Of a stretch of 64,000 bases of DNA, positions 29,919 to 41,340 are shown in pieces. Location of the stretch: NCBI GenBank assembly GCA_902788555.1, contig CADAKQ010000005.1, positions 7,708 through 71,707 on the forward strand, read 5' to 3'. Source of the DNA: an uncultured Lachnospiraceae bacterium. GTDB taxonomy: Bacteria > Bacillota > Clostridia > Lachnospirales > Lachnospiraceae. The notes beneath the pieces were generated by a model, which saw nothing but the letters and a program-made list of their open reading frames with translations, made no database searches and was not told the DNA's origin. How positions within the stretch are numbered: position 1 is the first letter of the stretch; each line of letters opens with the position of its first letter. A program made the position numbers and the translations under genes.

Positions 29919-31167
29919 AAAGTACAAAGCCACAACTGAAAAGGATGCAATTCTCATGGCAAAGGAGGATTTGGGACCAGAAGCCGTTGTCATGAATGTG
30001 AAAACAATCAAAAGAAAAGGCATTATGAAGCTTTTCAAAAAAAATACCGTTGAACTTACTGCGGCCATTGATGACAATGTTGCTGAAAAAAAATCTTCTG
30101 ATAAAAAGAGTGAGGAAAAGACTTCAGATAAAAAAAATCAAGATGGTTACAGTGAAGAAGCACAGAATGCAATAGAAGAAAAGATTAACAGCATAGCAAG
30201 ACTTCTTGAACAACAGATGCTTAGCGGAAATGAAAAGGAGCAGGCATCCGGAAAAGAAGAAAAAACAGCCGGAACAAAAATTGATTATTCGGTTACGGAT
30301 GATACTGTACCGGGATTAAGGCATATTGCTGAAAATGATAACGGCACGCCTGAAAGTGTTTCCAAAAATAAGGTTATAGAATTGATATATAATCAATTAC
30401 TGGATAATGAAGTGGAAAAGAAAATAGCTGACGATATTATAAATGAGCTTGATACGGAAAATTACAAGCTGCCTATTGACAATATCCTTGCGAATGTTTA
30501 TCAGAAAATAGTTCTTAAATTAGGTGAGGTTAAGCCGCTTGCTATTGGTGAAAGAAAGCCTAAGGTGGTATTTTTTGTAGGTAATACGGGTGTTGGAAAA
30601 ACAACGACCATGGCTAAGCTTGCTTCCAAATTTAAGCTTGAAAACAAAATGAATATTGCTATGCTTTCCATAGACACTTACAGAATAGCCGCTATAGAGC
30701 AGATAAAAACCTATGCCAATATTTTAAATACTCCTATGGAGGTTGTATATACTCCTGAGGATATAAAAAATTATGTGGAAAAATATAAAGAATGCGATTT
30801 GATATTTGTTGATACGGCAGGTCATTCGCACAGAAACGAAGAACAAAAGAAAAATCTTAAGGAAATGGTTGATTCCGTATCAGAATATGAAACAGAGGTT
30901 TTTCTTGTGGTTAGTGCAGTGGTAAAATACAATGATTTGGTTGATATAGCAAAGACCTATGATAAGCTTTTTGATTACAAGCTCATATTTACAAAGCTTG
31001 ATGAAACAAGGGCTTTAGGTTCAATTCTTAATTTGAAAATAGATATGAATAAAACGCTTTCTTATGCAACCTGGGGACAGAATGTTCCTGAGGATATAGG
31101 AGTTGTAAATCCTCAGATAATTGCTAAGAGCTTGCTGGGAGGTGACGGAAATGGATCAGGCTTCTAA
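29908..31167 (+). CDS. flhF: SRP-type GTPase FlhF
   Basis: [35 protein letters not shown]. Confidence 0.93.
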   Translation: MIIKKYKATTEKDAILMAKEDLGPEAVVMNVKTIKRKGIMKLFKKNTVELTAAIDDNVAEKKSSDKKSEEKTSDKKNQDGYSEEAQNAIEEKINSIARLLEQQMLSGNEKEQASGKEEKTAGTKIDYSVTDDTVPGLRHIAENDNGTPESVSKNKVIELIYNQLLDNEVEKKIADDIINELDTENYKLPIDNILANVYQKIVLKLGEVKPLAIGERKPKVVFFVGNTGVGKTTTMAKLASKFKLENKMNIAMLSIDTYRIAAIEQIKTYANILNTPMEVVYTPEDIKNYVEKYKECDLIFVDTAGHSHRNEEQKKNLKEMVDSVSEYETEVFLVVSAVVKYNDLVDIAKTYDKLFDYKLIFTKLDETRALGSILNLKIDMNKTLSYATWGQNVPEDIGVVNPQIIAKSLLGGDGNGSGF

Positions 31168-32041
31168 GCTGAGAGAAATGGTTCAGGCATCTGACAAACC
31201 TTCCAATGCCCGTGTTATAGCGGTTACAAGCGGAAAAGGCGGCGTAGGAAAAACGAGTATTTCCGTCAACCTTGCAATAGAGCTTTCCGAAAGAGGGAAA
31301 AAGGTAGTTATATTTGATGCCGATTTCGGACTTGCAAATGTTGAGGTAATGCTTGGAATTAGACCAAAGTATAATTTACTTGATTTAATTCACAACAATA
31401 AGACAATGGAAGAGATAATAACAACCGGTCCGAAGGGAATCGGATTTATCTCAGGCGGTTCGGGAGTATCAGAGCTTGCCGCCTTGGATAATGATAGTAT
31501 CAAGCTTCTTATATCTGAACTTGTACGTCTTGATAAGATGTATGATGTTGTAATAATTGATACCGGGGCGGGAATAACTGATGCCGTTATGGAATTTGTT
31601 ATGGTAAGTCCGGAGGTGCTGCTTGTCGTAACTCCTGAGCCTACATCAATAACCGATGCATATTCTCTTCTTAAGGTTTTGAGAAGAAATGAGAAATTTA
31701 ATCCGATATATAAGACAATAAGAGTTATAGCAAACCGAGTTGAAAATGAAACTGAGGGCGATGAAATATTTGCCAAAATAAACGCAGTATCGTCCAAGTT
31801 TTTAAATACCAAGCTTGAATATCTCGGACCAATCAGTCAGGATAAAAATGCATCAAGAGCTATAATTGAACAAAAGCCTGTAGTAATGGCATATCCTTCC
31901 ACATCATCTTCCAAGTGTATCTCAGTTTTGGCTGATAAGCTGACAGGAGAGGTATCTGACAGAAGAGAAGACGGCAATGATGGTATAGCCAGAATCTTCT
32001 TTGAATTTATAAAGGTAAGAAGAAAGAAAAAACAAAGGTGA
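31151..32041 (+). CDS. flhG: MinD-like flagellar number regulator FlhG
   Basis: [37 protein letters not shown]. Confidence 0.92.
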   Translation: MDQASKLREMVQASDKPSNARVIAVTSGKGGVGKTSISVNLAIELSERGKKVVIFDADFGLANVEVMLGIRPKYNLLDLIHNNKTMEEIITTGPKGIGFISGGSGVSELAALDNDSIKLLISELVRLDKMYDVVIIDTGAGITDAVMEFVMVSPEVLLVVTPEPTSITDAYSLLKVLRRNEKFNPIYKTIRVIANRVENETEGDEIFAKINAVSSKFLNTKLEYLGPISQDKNASRAIIEQKPVVMAYPSTSSSKCISVLADKLTGEVSDRREDGNDGIARIFFEFIKVRRKKKQR

Positions 32042-32061
32042 TTTTTTAAGGGGAAATCTGT

Positions 32062-32772
32062 ATGGGATTATCAATCGGAAATAAAATTGAATTAGTAAAG
32101 CTGGAACAGATAATCAGAAATGATGGTATAAAAAAGGTATATTCAAGTAAAATATGTGACATTATGCCAAAAAATACTCTTCAGATTTCTATGCCTATCT
32201 ACGAGGGGAAAATTGTTCCGTTAAATGTAGGAGATAAATATTCTGCATGCTTTTATACCGACAAGGGACTTCTTCAGACAAACGTAACGGTGTCCTCAAG
32301 ATACAGAAGCGGTAACCTTTTCTTTCTTGAGGTTGTAATGCTCGGAAAGCTGGAAAAGGTTCAGAGAAGAGAATTTTATCGTTACAAATGTATAATGAAC
32401 GGACGAATGAGAATCGTGTCGGATGAAGAATATGAAAAGGGTGACAGGTATGATTTAACCGACAGGGAGCTTGTATGGAATGATTTAAAAATAATAGATA
32501 TCAGTGGCGGCGGAGTTAAGGTTGTTTCCAAAATGGACCTTGAAAAAAATGATGTTGTAAAGGTGGAATTTAAAATTGCTATATTAAATGCCATACACAG
32601 CTTCAGTATTATGGCTAGAATATTAAGCAACAGCTCTATTGCCGGTCATACGGGATTGTATGAGCAAAGATTGGAATTTTTAAGAATCAGTCAGGAAGAC
32701 AGAGATATAATAATTAAATATATTTTTGAGAGTGAAAGACAAAACAGAGCGAAGGAATCGGGATTAAAATAA
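32062..32772 (+). CDS. PilZ-domain flagellar brake (YcgR/MotI-like)
   Basis: QRREFYR and DISGGG c-di-GMP-binding motifs. Confidence 0.88.
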   Translation: MGLSIGNKIELVKLEQIIRNDGIKKVYSSKICDIMPKNTLQISMPIYEGKIVPLNVGDKYSACFYTDKGLLQTNVTVSSRYRSGNLFFLEVVMLGKLEKVQRREFYRYKCIMNGRMRIVSDEEYEKGDRYDLTDRELVWNDLKIIDISGGGVKVVSKMDLEKNDVVKVEFKIAILNAIHSFSIMARILSNSSIAGHTGLYEQRLEFLRISQEDRDIIIKYIFESERQNRAKESGLK

Positions 32773-33944
32773 TGAAAAAAATATTATTGATAGATGACTC
32801 TGCACTCATGAGAAGAGTATTATCTGTTATAATAAATGAGACAAAAGAATATACAGTTGCATATATTGCCAATAACGGACTTGAAGGTTTGGAAATTATT
32901 GAAACACATGATGATATTATGGCTGTTATCTGTGATGTAAATATGCCTAAAATGAGTGGAATTGAGCTCCTTTCTACTTTGAGGAGTAAAAATATTATGC
33001 TCCCAATGATATTACTCAGCTCTAAGGATGATGCTACATATACAATAGCCGCTTTGGAGCTTGGTGCTTTGGATTTCCTTAAAAAACCGGATAATATATA
33101 CAAGATGGATAATCTTGAGTTTTCGGATAAGCTTGGCAAGACTTTAAAGCTGGCTTGTGAGCTTAAGAATAAGGGGGATGGAGCTATTTCTACCATAGTA
33201 AGAACTAAAACAAACAATAAAATCACAGATAGTCTAAGAACTAAACATGATTCCATCAGAGCTGACGGAAATGTTGATGTTCATCAGCATAACGGTTCAA
33301 TAAAATCGGATTTGCCTGATAAAACGGTGGATGAGCCGGTTAGTGCGAAAAAGGCTGATGTAAAGGTAAAGAGGCTGATTGCTTTGGTTAGCTCGACGGG
33401 AGGACCAAAGGCATTAAGAACACTTATACCGATGCTTCCGGCCAATCTGGCTGCTCCGGTTGTGATGGTTCAGCATATGCCTGCCAATTTTACTACAACT
33501 TTGGCAGACAGATTAAATGAACTAAGTCCTATCAGAGTAAGCGAAGCCAGTGACGGAGATATTATAAAAAAAGGCCATGTTTATCTTGCTCCGGGTGGTA
33601 TGCATCTTAAGGTTACAAACAGGAAGGGCACCGAATATATAGAGCTTGATGATTCACCTCCTGTTGTAGGACTAAAGCCTTGCGGCAATATAATGTATGA
33701 TAGTCTTTGCGATTCCATATATGACGAGATAGTCTGTGTCGTACTTACGGGAATGGGTGCTGACGGAACAAACGGAATTACAGATTTATCAAAGAAAAAG
33801 AAGGTGTATGTTATTGCGCAGGATGAAGCTTCTTCGACTGTATATGGGATGCCTAAGGCTATATATGAAAAGGGCATGTGCGATGTAGTATGTGATATAA
33901 ATGATGTTGCAAAAGAAATAATAAAGAAAGTAGGGGTGCTGTAA
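32772..33944 (+). CDS. cheB: chemotaxis methylesterase CheB
   Basis: REC domain plus SSTGGP, QHMP, LTGMGADG. Confidence 0.95.
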   Translation: MKKILLIDDSALMRRVLSVIINETKEYTVAYIANNGLEGLEIIETHDDIMAVICDVNMPKMSGIELLSTLRSKNIMLPMILLSSKDDATYTIAALELGALDFLKKPDNIYKMDNLEFSDKLGKTLKLACELKNKGDGAISTIVRTKTNNKITDSLRTKHDSIRADGNVDVHQHNGSIKSDLPDKTVDEPVSAKKADVKVKRLIALVSSTGGPKALRTLIPMLPANLAAPVVMVQHMPANFTTTLADRLNELSPIRVSEASDGDIIKKGHVYLAPGGMHLKVTNRKGTEYIELDDSPPVVGLKPCGNIMYDSLCDSIYDEIVCVVLTGMGADGTNGITDLSKKKKVYVIAQDEASSTVYGMPKAIYEKGMCDVVCDINDVAKEIIKKVGVL

Positions 33945-36037
33945 TGGATTTAAGCCAATATCTTGAGATTTTTATCGATGAAACAAAGGAGCATATTCAG
34001 ACATTGAATGATCAGGTTCTTATTTTGGAAGCTGAGCCGGACAATATTGACACTGTAAACGAAATATTCCGTGCCGCACATTCATTAAAAGGAATGGCCG
34101 GAACTATGGGCTTTAAGAGAATGCAAAGACTTACCCATGATATGGAAAATGTATTTTCAGAGGTTCGTAACGGAAAGGTAAATGTCAATGCGGATATAGT
34201 TGATGTCGTATTTAAATGTCTTGATTGTATCGAGGGTTATCTTGCAAATATCGTTGAGTCCGGTGATGAGGGTACAGAGGACAACGAAGATGTTATCAAG
34301 GTTTTAAATGATGTGCTTGCACAGGCTGAAGGAGCAACTTCTACGGTAGAGGAACAAAAGCAGCCTGAAAAGGAAGAGGTTAAAAATGAGGAAGCACCTA
34401 AGGCAGAGGTAAGTGAAGACAGAAAGAAATATCTTACTATACCGATTGCTGATTTTGAAAAGAATGCCATGCTTGAAGCTAAGGAAAAGGGTATGAATGT
34501 ATATGCTACTACGGTATATATTCAGGAGTCCTGTCTGCTTAAGGCCGCAAGAGCTTTTCTTGTATTTAAGGGACTTGAAAATAAGGGTGAAATAATAAAG
34601 TCAGTTCCAAGCGTTCAGGATATAGAGGATGAGAGATTTGAATTTGATTTTTCAATGTTCATCATATCCGATAAATCTATGGATGAAATTAAAAAGATAA
34701 TCGAAAATGTTTCTGAGATTGAGGAAGCAGTTATCGAAGAATATAAAATACCTGATGTTGTGGAGGATACCACTCCTAAGGCAGAGGAAACCGAAAAGAA
34801 GGAAGCAAAGGCTGAAAAGCAGGATAAGAAGGATGATAAAAAGACCCCTGCCAAGTCAGGAAAGCCTGTTGTAAACCGTTCGGTAAGAGTTGACATTGAG
34901 AAGCTGGATGACCTTATGAATCTTGTGTCCGAGCTTATAATTGCCAAGAACGGACTTGTATCGGTAACAGGAGTTATGGCAGGCTCAGACCAGTCCTTCA
35001 ATGAACAGATAGAATACCTTGAAAGAATCACCACCAATCTTCATGAATCGGTTATGAAGGTAAGAATGGTACCTATTGAAAGTGTCGTAAACAGATTCCC
35101 GAGAATGATAAGAGATCTTTCCAAGAAGCTCAATAAGGAAATGGAGCTTATTATGACCGGTGAAGATACAGAGCTTGACAGAACGGTTATAGATGAAATT
35201 GGAGATCCGTTGATGCATATGCTCAGAAATTCCGCAGACCATGGTCTTGAGGATACCATCGACAGATTAAAGCTCGGAAAGCCAAAGGTTGGTACGATAA
35301 GACTTGATGCATATCAGGATGGTAATAATGTTACCATAGAGGTTTCAGATGACGGAGCCGGAATTGATGTGGAAAAAATAAAGGCTAAGGCTATAGAGAG
35401 AGGCAATATAACAGAGGAGCAGGCAGAGTTTATGTCTGATAAGGAAGCTGTTGATTTGCTGTTTATGCCATCCTTCTCAACTGCTGAAAAGATAACCGAT
35501 GTATCGGGAAGAGGAGTAGGACTTGATGTTGTTAAAAATAAGATAGAAGGCTTAGGCGGTGATGTTGAGGTTTCGACAAAGCTTGGTGAGGGAACAACAT
35601 TTATAGTCAGACTTCCGCTTACACTTGCAATTATACAGGCACTTATGGTTGATATCTCGGGTGAGAAATATGCACTTCCTCTTAACTCAATCGTAACAGT
35701 TGAGGAGATACCTTCAGAGGAGATTAAGTATGTACATACCAAGGAGGTTATTAATTTAAGAGGAACAGTTATTCCGATAGTAAGACTCAATGAGGTTCTT
35801 GATTTAGAGCCTGCCCAAAAGGATACTGAGGAGGAAGATGATGACAGCCTTATCGTGGTTATAGTAAAGAAGGGCGATAAGCAGGCAGGTCTTGTAATCG
35901 ACCATCTTCTCGGACAACAGGAAATCGTTATCAAGCCTTTGGGTAAGTTTATAAGAGTTCCTAAGATGATAAGTGGTGCTACTATTCTTGGTAATGGTGA
36001 GGTTGCACTTATAATCGATTCAAATACATTAGTTTAG
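33944..36037 (+). CDS. cheA: chemotaxis histidine kinase CheA
   Basis: FRAAHSLKG, HMLRNSADHG, SGRGVGLDVV, CheW-like C-terminus. Confidence 0.97.
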   Translation: MDLSQYLEIFIDETKEHIQTLNDQVLILEAEPDNIDTVNEIFRAAHSLKGMAGTMGFKRMQRLTHDMENVFSEVRNGKVNVNADIVDVVFKCLDCIEGYLANIVESGDEGTEDNEDVIKVLNDVLAQAEGATSTVEEQKQPEKEEVKNEEAPKAEVSEDRKKYLTIPIADFEKNAMLEAKEKGMNVYATTVYIQESCLLKAARAFLVFKGLENKGEIIKSVPSVQDIEDERFEFDFSMFIISDKSMDEIKKIIENVSEIEEAVIEEYKIPDVVEDTTPKAEETEKKEAKAEKQDKKDDKKTPAKSGKPVVNRSVRVDIEKLDDLMNLVSELIIAKNGLVSVTGVMAGSDQSFNEQIEYLERITTNLHESVMKVRMVPIESVVNRFPRMIRDLSKKLNKEMELIMTGEDTELDRTVIDEIGDPLMHMLRNSADHGLEDTIDRLKLGKPKVGTIRLDAYQDGNNVTIEVSDDGAGIDVEKIKAKAIERGNITEEQAEFMSDKEAVDLLFMPSFSTAEKITDVSGRGVGLDVVKNKIEGLGGDVEVSTKLGEGTTFIVRLPLTLAIIQALMVDISGEKYALPLNSIVTVEEIPSEEIKYVHTKEVINLRGTVIPIVRLNEVLDLEPAQKDTEEEDDDSLIVVIVKKGDKQAGLVIDHLLGQQEIVIKPLGKFIRVPKMISGATILGNGEVALIIDSNTLV

Positions 36038-36049
36038 TGGGGGTGCAAT

Positions 36050-36499
36050 ATGGATAATAATATAAACAATGATGTAAAACAATATATTGTATTAAGATTT
36101 GACAGTGAGCAATACGGTATAGATATATCATATATTGATAATATAGTAAGACTTATGCCGATAACCAGAGTTCCGCATACACAGCCATATTTCTTAGGCG
36201 TTATTAATCTTCGTGGAGTTATAATTCCGGTTATGAGCATGAGAGGAAAATTTGATCTCCCTGAAAAGGAAAATACAGGAGCAACCAGAATACTTATTAT
36301 TAAATATGAAGGCGCAGATATTGGAATTCTTGTTGATGAGGTAAAAGAGGTTGTTACTCTTTCAGATGAAGAAATTGAAAAGGTTTCTTCGGATGATGCA
36401 GATACAAGATCATATATTACAGGTGTCGGAAAATATAACGAAACGCTTATTTCTATCCTTAATATCCCGGCACTTATAGCAGATATTGAGAATGATTAG
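36050..36499 (+). CDS. cheW: chemotaxis coupling protein CheW
   Basis: ITRVP..GVINLRGVIIPV. Confidence 0.95.
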   Translation: MDNNINNDVKQYIVLRFDSEQYGIDISYIDNIVRLMPITRVPHTQPYFLGVINLRGVIIPVMSMRGKFDLPEKENTGATRILIIKYEGADIGILVDEVKEVVTLSDEEIEKVSSDDADTRSYITGVGKYNETLISILNIPALIADIEND

Positions 36500-36510
36500 G
36501 GGAAAAGCTT

Positions 36511-37131
36511 ATGGATAATAAGACTTCGAATCTTTCAAAAGTTGTTGAAAATACTTTGGCTGAACTTGGAAATATTGGTGCAGGCAATGCTGCTACATCT
36601 CTTTCAGTCCTGTTAAGGTCAAAGATATCTATGAATATTCCTGTTGTCAAAATGTGTGACTTTGATGATATAGAGGAATTAGTGGGTAGCTCTGATTCTA
36701 TTGTTGTGGGTGTTTTTAGTACAATTAACGGAGGATTCGAGGCTGTTATAGCTTTTCTTTTAACTATAGGAGATGCCGAAAAGCTTGTTGGTATGGTTTT
36801 GGGTGAAGGCGCAGAATGGAATTCTGAAATAGGTATATCAGCCATAAGCGAAATTGCCAATATTTTAATTGGCTCATATGTTGCATCTCTTGAGACTTTC
36901 ACAAATACAAAAATCAGGTATTCATTACCCGAGGTTTGTGTGGATATGGCGGGAGCTATTTTAAGTGTTCCGTATATAGAATATAGCCAGATAGGAGATA
37001 GGTCTTTACTTATAAGCTCGGAGCTGTTTGTCGGAGATTATAAAATTGATGGGCATCTTCTGCTTATATCATATTCCAATTCATATGATATTCTTCTTGA
37101 AAAGCTTGGAATCGGAGGCTTGGATGGGTAA
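36511..37131 (+). CDS. cheC: chemotaxis phosphatase CheC
   Basis: ELGNIGAGNAATSL; EIANIL; DMAGAILS. Confidence 0.92.
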   Translation: MDNKTSNLSKVVENTLAELGNIGAGNAATSLSVLLRSKISMNIPVVKMCDFDDIEELVGSSDSIVVGVFSTINGGFEAVIAFLLTIGDAEKLVGMVLGEGAEWNSEIGISAISEIANILIGSYVASLETFTNTKIRYSLPEVCVDMAGAILSVPYIEYSQIGDRSLLISSELFVGDYKIDGHLLLISYSNSYDILLEKLGIGGLDG

Positions 37132-37609
37132 TATTATAAAGGTTGGTATAGCAGATATGAATATTTGCCACAGCCCCGACAAGATAACAACGGTCGGACT
37201 TGGCTCCTGTGTCGGTGTAGTGATTTACGATGGCATAACCGATATAGCCGGGATGGTACATATAATGCTTCCGGATAGTACAAAAATTAATAATAATTCC
37301 AATAAACTGAAATTTGCAGATACCGGAATAGATGCTTTACTTGAAAGTCTTTTAAAAAGTGGAATATGTGAGTCTGCCCTAAAATCAAAGATAGCGGGCG
37401 GAGCACAGATGTTTAGTTATCTTCTTAAATCCAGTATCGGAAATGTTGGTGAAAACAATGTGATTGCCGTAAAGAATAAGCTTGCAGATTTAAAAATTCC
37501 AATTATTGCAGAAGATGTGGGTAAAAATTTCGGAAGAACAATAATTTTTGATCCGCAAACCTATGAGCTTGAGGTTTCATGTGTTGGAAAAGAGCGTTAC
37601 ATAATATAA
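37124..37609 (+). CDS. cheD: receptor deamidase CheD
   Basis: TVGLGSCVGV, HIMLP, KIAGGAQMF, EDVGKNFGRTI; GGAGG RBS before ATG 37124. Confidence 0.93.
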   Translation: MGNIIKVGIADMNICHSPDKITTVGLGSCVGVVIYDGITDIAGMVHIMLPDSTKINNNSNKLKFADTGIDALLESLLKSGICESALKSKIAGGAQMFSYLLKSSIGNVGENNVIAVKNKLADLKIPIIAEDVGKNFGRTIIFDPQTYELEVSCVGKERYII

Positions 37610-37615
37610 CAAGAG

Positions 37616-37909
37616 GTGCGGTTTAAATTGGATTTCAAAAAAAAGAGTAAAAATGCAAGAGCTATAATTGTTTTAACTGCAACATTTATAGCCATGCTCC
37701 TTAATATAAAATACAAAAGAGATATAATTGATTCGCTTATTATATTAATTATAGTCCTTATTGTTTTTTATATTATTGCTACGATTGCCATAAAGCTTAT
37801 AGATAAGATAAGGCTTATGGAGCCGAAGACGGAAATTGAAAATGATAAAAAAGATAAAGACAAAGACGAAAATAGTGATAGCCGGGAAAAGACAGAAGAT
37901 AATCAGTAA
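37616..37909 (+). CDS. hypothetical two-TM membrane protein
   Basis: Two hydrophobic segments and a charged tail; between cheD and fliA. Confidence 0.7.
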   Translation: MRFKLDFKKKSKNARAIIVLTATFIAMLLNIKYKRDIIDSLIILIIVLIVFYIIATIAIKLIDKIRLMEPKTEIENDKKDKDKDENSDSREKTEDNQ

Positions 37910-37928
37910 CTTGTAAGAGGGGTGTAAG

Positions 37929-38696
37929 ATGGCTTTAATCGATAACAAAGAGAGACTTTGGATTGAGTATAATCATTCCAAATCAGCCGTTATACGTGAA
38001 CAGATTATAATTGAATATGTTCCATTGGTTAAGGTTGTGGCAGGAAGGTTAAGCATATATCTCGGTTCAAATGTCGAATATGATGACTTGGTCAGCTACG
38101 GGATATTTGGATTGATAGATGCCATAGATAAATATGATTATGGTAAAGGAATCAAATTTGAAACATATGCCAGTCTTAGAATAAGAGGCTCAATACTCGA
38201 CCAGATAAGAAAACTTGACTGGATTCCCCGTTCGGTAAGACAAAAGCAGAAGGCAATAGATACAGCAGTCAAAAACCTTGAAAAAGAGATAGGTCCAAAC
38301 TATTCTGACGGTGATATGGCGAAGGAGCTTGGAATAAGTGAGGATGAATATCTTAATTGGCTCAGTCAGACCAATATATCCAATATATCATCAATAGAGG
38401 ATTTTCTTGATCAGGGTAATGAGGTTAAGGCTTCCGTAAACAGAAGCTATGCGAGAGTTGAGCCGGAAAAGGTAGTTGAAGAGCAGGAGCTTAAGGAAAA
38501 GCTGGAGGAGGCACTTGAGCTTTTGACGGAAAAAGAAAAAAAGGTTGTTCTTTTGTATTATTATGAGGATTTGACCTTAAAAGAGATAAGCAGGGTTATG
38601 GAAGTTTCGGAATCCAGAGTATCACAGCTTCATTCAAAGGCACTGAAAAAGCTTAAAAATGGTTTGGGTGATGGTTTTGAATTGTTTATGGGATAA
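37929..38696 (+). CDS. fliA: FliA/WhiG/SigD family sigma-28 factor
   Basis: FETYASLRIRGSILD..DWIPRS; LTLKEI..VSESRVSQLH. Confidence 0.92.
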   Translation: MALIDNKERLWIEYNHSKSAVIREQIIIEYVPLVKVVAGRLSIYLGSNVEYDDLVSYGIFGLIDAIDKYDYGKGIKFETYASLRIRGSILDQIRKLDWIPRSVRQKQKAIDTAVKNLEKEIGPNYSDGDMAKELGISEDEYLNWLSQTNISNISSIEDFLDQGNEVKASVNRSYARVEPEKVVEEQELKEKLEEALELLTEKEKKVVLLYYYEDLTLKEISRVMEVSESRVSQLHSKALKKLKNGLGDGFELFMG

Positions 38697-38726
38697 TCGT
38701 TTTTTCATATTCGTGGGGGATAAATA

Positions 38727-40331
38727 ATGAAATATAAAAATTCTTTCTTCAAGGTGAACATCAAGGATGACGGTACGTATATCACAATTTATCCGGCTGT
38801 TAGTGATGGAAAAAAATTAGAATATAAAGAGGTTATGGATTTCCTCGAAAAAAAAGGCATAGTAATCGAAGATAAAATCGGATTAAAGGCTCAGATTGAA
38901 GGTATGGGCAGTGAGATTTTGGAAAGAAAGCTCTGTGATATCAAGATACAACCCTTTAATGAAAGTGCTATTGTAACTGTGTCACCGGATAAGCTTGTTG
39001 CCTATATCAGATTTTATGCTCCTTCAACCGGCGGAAAAGAAATGGATAAAAGGGAGATAATGCTTGAGCTTGCCAATGAAAAGGTTTCGTATGGTATTTC
39101 CGAAAAAATAATTGATGTGTTTTTGATGGCTAGACAGTATTGTCTCAATATTCCTGTTGCGAAGGGAGATAAACCTATACCGGCAAGGGATACAGTTATA
39201 GAATATTTTTTCAATACATCTCCTATGTCAAAACCTAAGCTTTTAGAGGATGGTAGTGTTGATTATCATGATTTAAGTATATTTACTCCTGTAAAGGCAG
39301 GAGATGCGCTTGCAAAGCTTACGCCGCATGATATGGGTAAAGCAGGAACTGATGTATATGGAAAAGCAATTCCACAAAACAAACCTAAGATAAAAAAATT
39401 AAAGCATGGCAGAAACATAAAGGAGTCTGAGGATGGATGCACCCTTTATAGTGAGGTAAGCGGAAATGTAAGTCTTACAAACGGGACTATATTTGTTTCT
39501 GATACCTTTAACGTCCCTGCAGATGTGGATGCTTCTACGGGTGATATAGAGTATGATGGAAATGTTATGGTTGCAGGAACCGTTAAAACGGGCTTTTCCA
39601 TAAAAGCAGGAGGAGATATACAGGTAAATGGTGTTGTGGAGGCCGCAAATCTGACAGCAAAGGGAAACATCATGATAAAAGGCGGAGTTCAGGCTATGAG
39701 TAAGGGACTGCTCAAGGCTGATGGTAATATATATGCACAATTTTTTGAAAGTGCAAATGTTGATGCCGGAGGCGATATTTATGCCGGTTCAATTCTTCAC
39801 AGTAATATAAAATGTGGTGAAAAGATTGTTGTAAGCGGTAGAAAGGGATTTATAGTCGGCGGAGATATAGCATGTAAATCCTATATCGAGGTAAACAGCA
39901 TAGGCAACAGAATGGAAACACAGACCATAATAAAGGTTGGTGTTAATCCTCAGCTATATGATGATATGAAGGTACTTATAAAGAGAGTAAACGAATTAAA
40001 TGAAAAAATCACAGAGATAACCTCATATCTGAATGTTTATAAGGAAAAGCTTAAGCTTGGAGCGAAGCTCAGTCCGGAAAATTTAAAACAGATAAAGTCC
40101 TACAATGCTAATCTTACAGAGCTTATAGCTGAAAGAAATGATAAAAATGAAAAGCTGACCGTGATAAGGGCAGAATTTAATGAAGGAAGACGTGGAAAGA
40201 TTAAGGTTCTTGGAAATGTTTACCGGGGTGTTGTTATATCCATAGCAGGTATGAACAGGGTAATTCAGGAAAAGGAAACACATAATCTGTATCTGATAAA
40301 TAATGGAGAGTTGACAACCTCATCTTTTTAA
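38727..40331 (+). CDS. FapA/DUF342 family protein
   Basis: DGSVDYHDL, DVDASTGDIEYDGNVMV, beta-helix-type repeats, coiled coil. Confidence 0.85.
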   Translation: MKYKNSFFKVNIKDDGTYITIYPAVSDGKKLEYKEVMDFLEKKGIVIEDKIGLKAQIEGMGSEILERKLCDIKIQPFNESAIVTVSPDKLVAYIRFYAPSTGGKEMDKREIMLELANEKVSYGISEKIIDVFLMARQYCLNIPVAKGDKPIPARDTVIEYFFNTSPMSKPKLLEDGSVDYHDLSIFTPVKAGDALAKLTPHDMGKAGTDVYGKAIPQNKPKIKKLKHGRNIKESEDGCTLYSEVSGNVSLTNGTIFVSDTFNVPADVDASTGDIEYDGNVMVAGTVKTGFSIKAGGDIQVNGVVEAANLTAKGNIMIKGGVQAMSKGLLKADGNIYAQFFESANVDAGGDIYAGSILHSNIKCGEKIVVSGRKGFIVGGDIACKSYIEVNSIGNRMETQTIIKVGVNPQLYDDMKVLIKRVNELNEKITEITSYLNVYKEKLKLGAKLSPENLKQIKSYNANLTELIAERNDKNEKLTVIRAEFNEGRRGKIKVLGNVYRGVVISIAGMNRVIQEKETHNLYLINNGELTTSSF

Positions 40332-40349
40332 TTAGAAAGGGATGATTTT

Positions 40350-40658
40350 ATGATAGCACCTATTATTGCAGCTCAAAGCTCGGCACCTGTTGCCGCCCTA
40401 CAGCAAAATACGGAAGGTCAGAGTGTTCTTAATTCGCAGCATGCCGAAACCATGATTAGGAAGGAAGAACAGCAGATTAAAGAAACCGTTGTTCAAAAGG
40501 ATGAAGCGGTTTTTTATCAGCAGAGTCATGATGCCAAGGAGGAAGGACGCAACAAATATTCCAATATCTATACCAAGGGCAGAAAAAAAGACAATAAAGA
40601 AGAAGAAACAAAAACAGAGGGCGAGATAAATCGTATTAATTTCGATATTAAAATATAA
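40350..40658 (+). CDS. hypothetical protein ending in FDIKI
   Basis: 102-aa ORF with GAAAGGGG RBS. Confidence 0.75.
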   Translation: MIAPIIAAQSSAPVAALQQNTEGQSVLNSQHAETMIRKEEQQIKETVVQKDEAVFYQQSHDAKEEGRNKYSNIYTKGRKKDNKEEETKTEGEINRINFDIKI

Positions 40659-40692
40659 ATTATTTTAAAGATAAATCAGAAATGGAGAAGCT

Positions 40693-41340
40693 ATGTCAGC
40701 AGCAGTTATATTACTTATAATACTTGGATTAATATTTATATTTGGAAGCTTTCTTTTAGTGGAAAAGGATAAGGAAAAGGAAGATGAAGGTATTATAAAA
40801 ATTCCCGAAAAGCTAAGTGATGAACAAAAGGAAAAAATCAGTAAGCTTATTGATGACTATATGGATGAGCATATAGACAGTAAGCTGGATGATGTCGAAG
40901 CAAAATTTTCGGAAATTGTTAATCAAAAAACTCTTGCGCTTGGAGATTATGCCGTTTCCGTAAACGAAGAAATAGAGAGAAACCATAGTGAAGCATTGTT
41001 CCTGTACAGTATGCTTTCGGATAAGCAGAAAGAGATTATGACTACGGCTTCAATGGTGGATGCGTATAAGAAAGAAGTAAATGAGCTTGTCAATGAAAAT
41101 ATTGAGGTTAAAAAGAAGGACAGACGGGAAGAACGACTGGCCATTGAGCTTGAAGAGATGAAAAATGAAGCTCTTGATATAGCTGAGGATGAGGAAGAGA
41201 TAAAAACCCTTGATGCCAATAAGGATATAATTCTTGAAATGCATAAATCAGGACTCAGTATATTGGAAATTGCCAAGAATCTTGGATTAGGGGTAGGAGA
41301 AGTTAAGCTAATAGTAGATTTATATCAGGGAGCCAAATAA
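40693..41340 (+). CDS. membrane-anchored coiled-coil protein with C-terminal HTH (SwrB/DUF6115-like)
   Basis: N-terminal TM; C-terminal GLSILEIAKNLGLGVGEVKLIVDL. Confidence 0.7.
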   Translation: MSAAVILLIILGLIFIFGSFLLVEKDKEKEDEGIIKIPEKLSDEQKEKISKLIDDYMDEHIDSKLDDVEAKFSEIVNQKTLALGDYAVSVNEEIERNHSEALFLYSMLSDKQKEIMTTASMVDAYKKEVNELVNENIEVKKKDRREERLAIELEEMKNEALDIAEDEEEIKTLDANKDIILEMHKSGLSILEIAKNLGLGVGEVKLIVDLYQGAK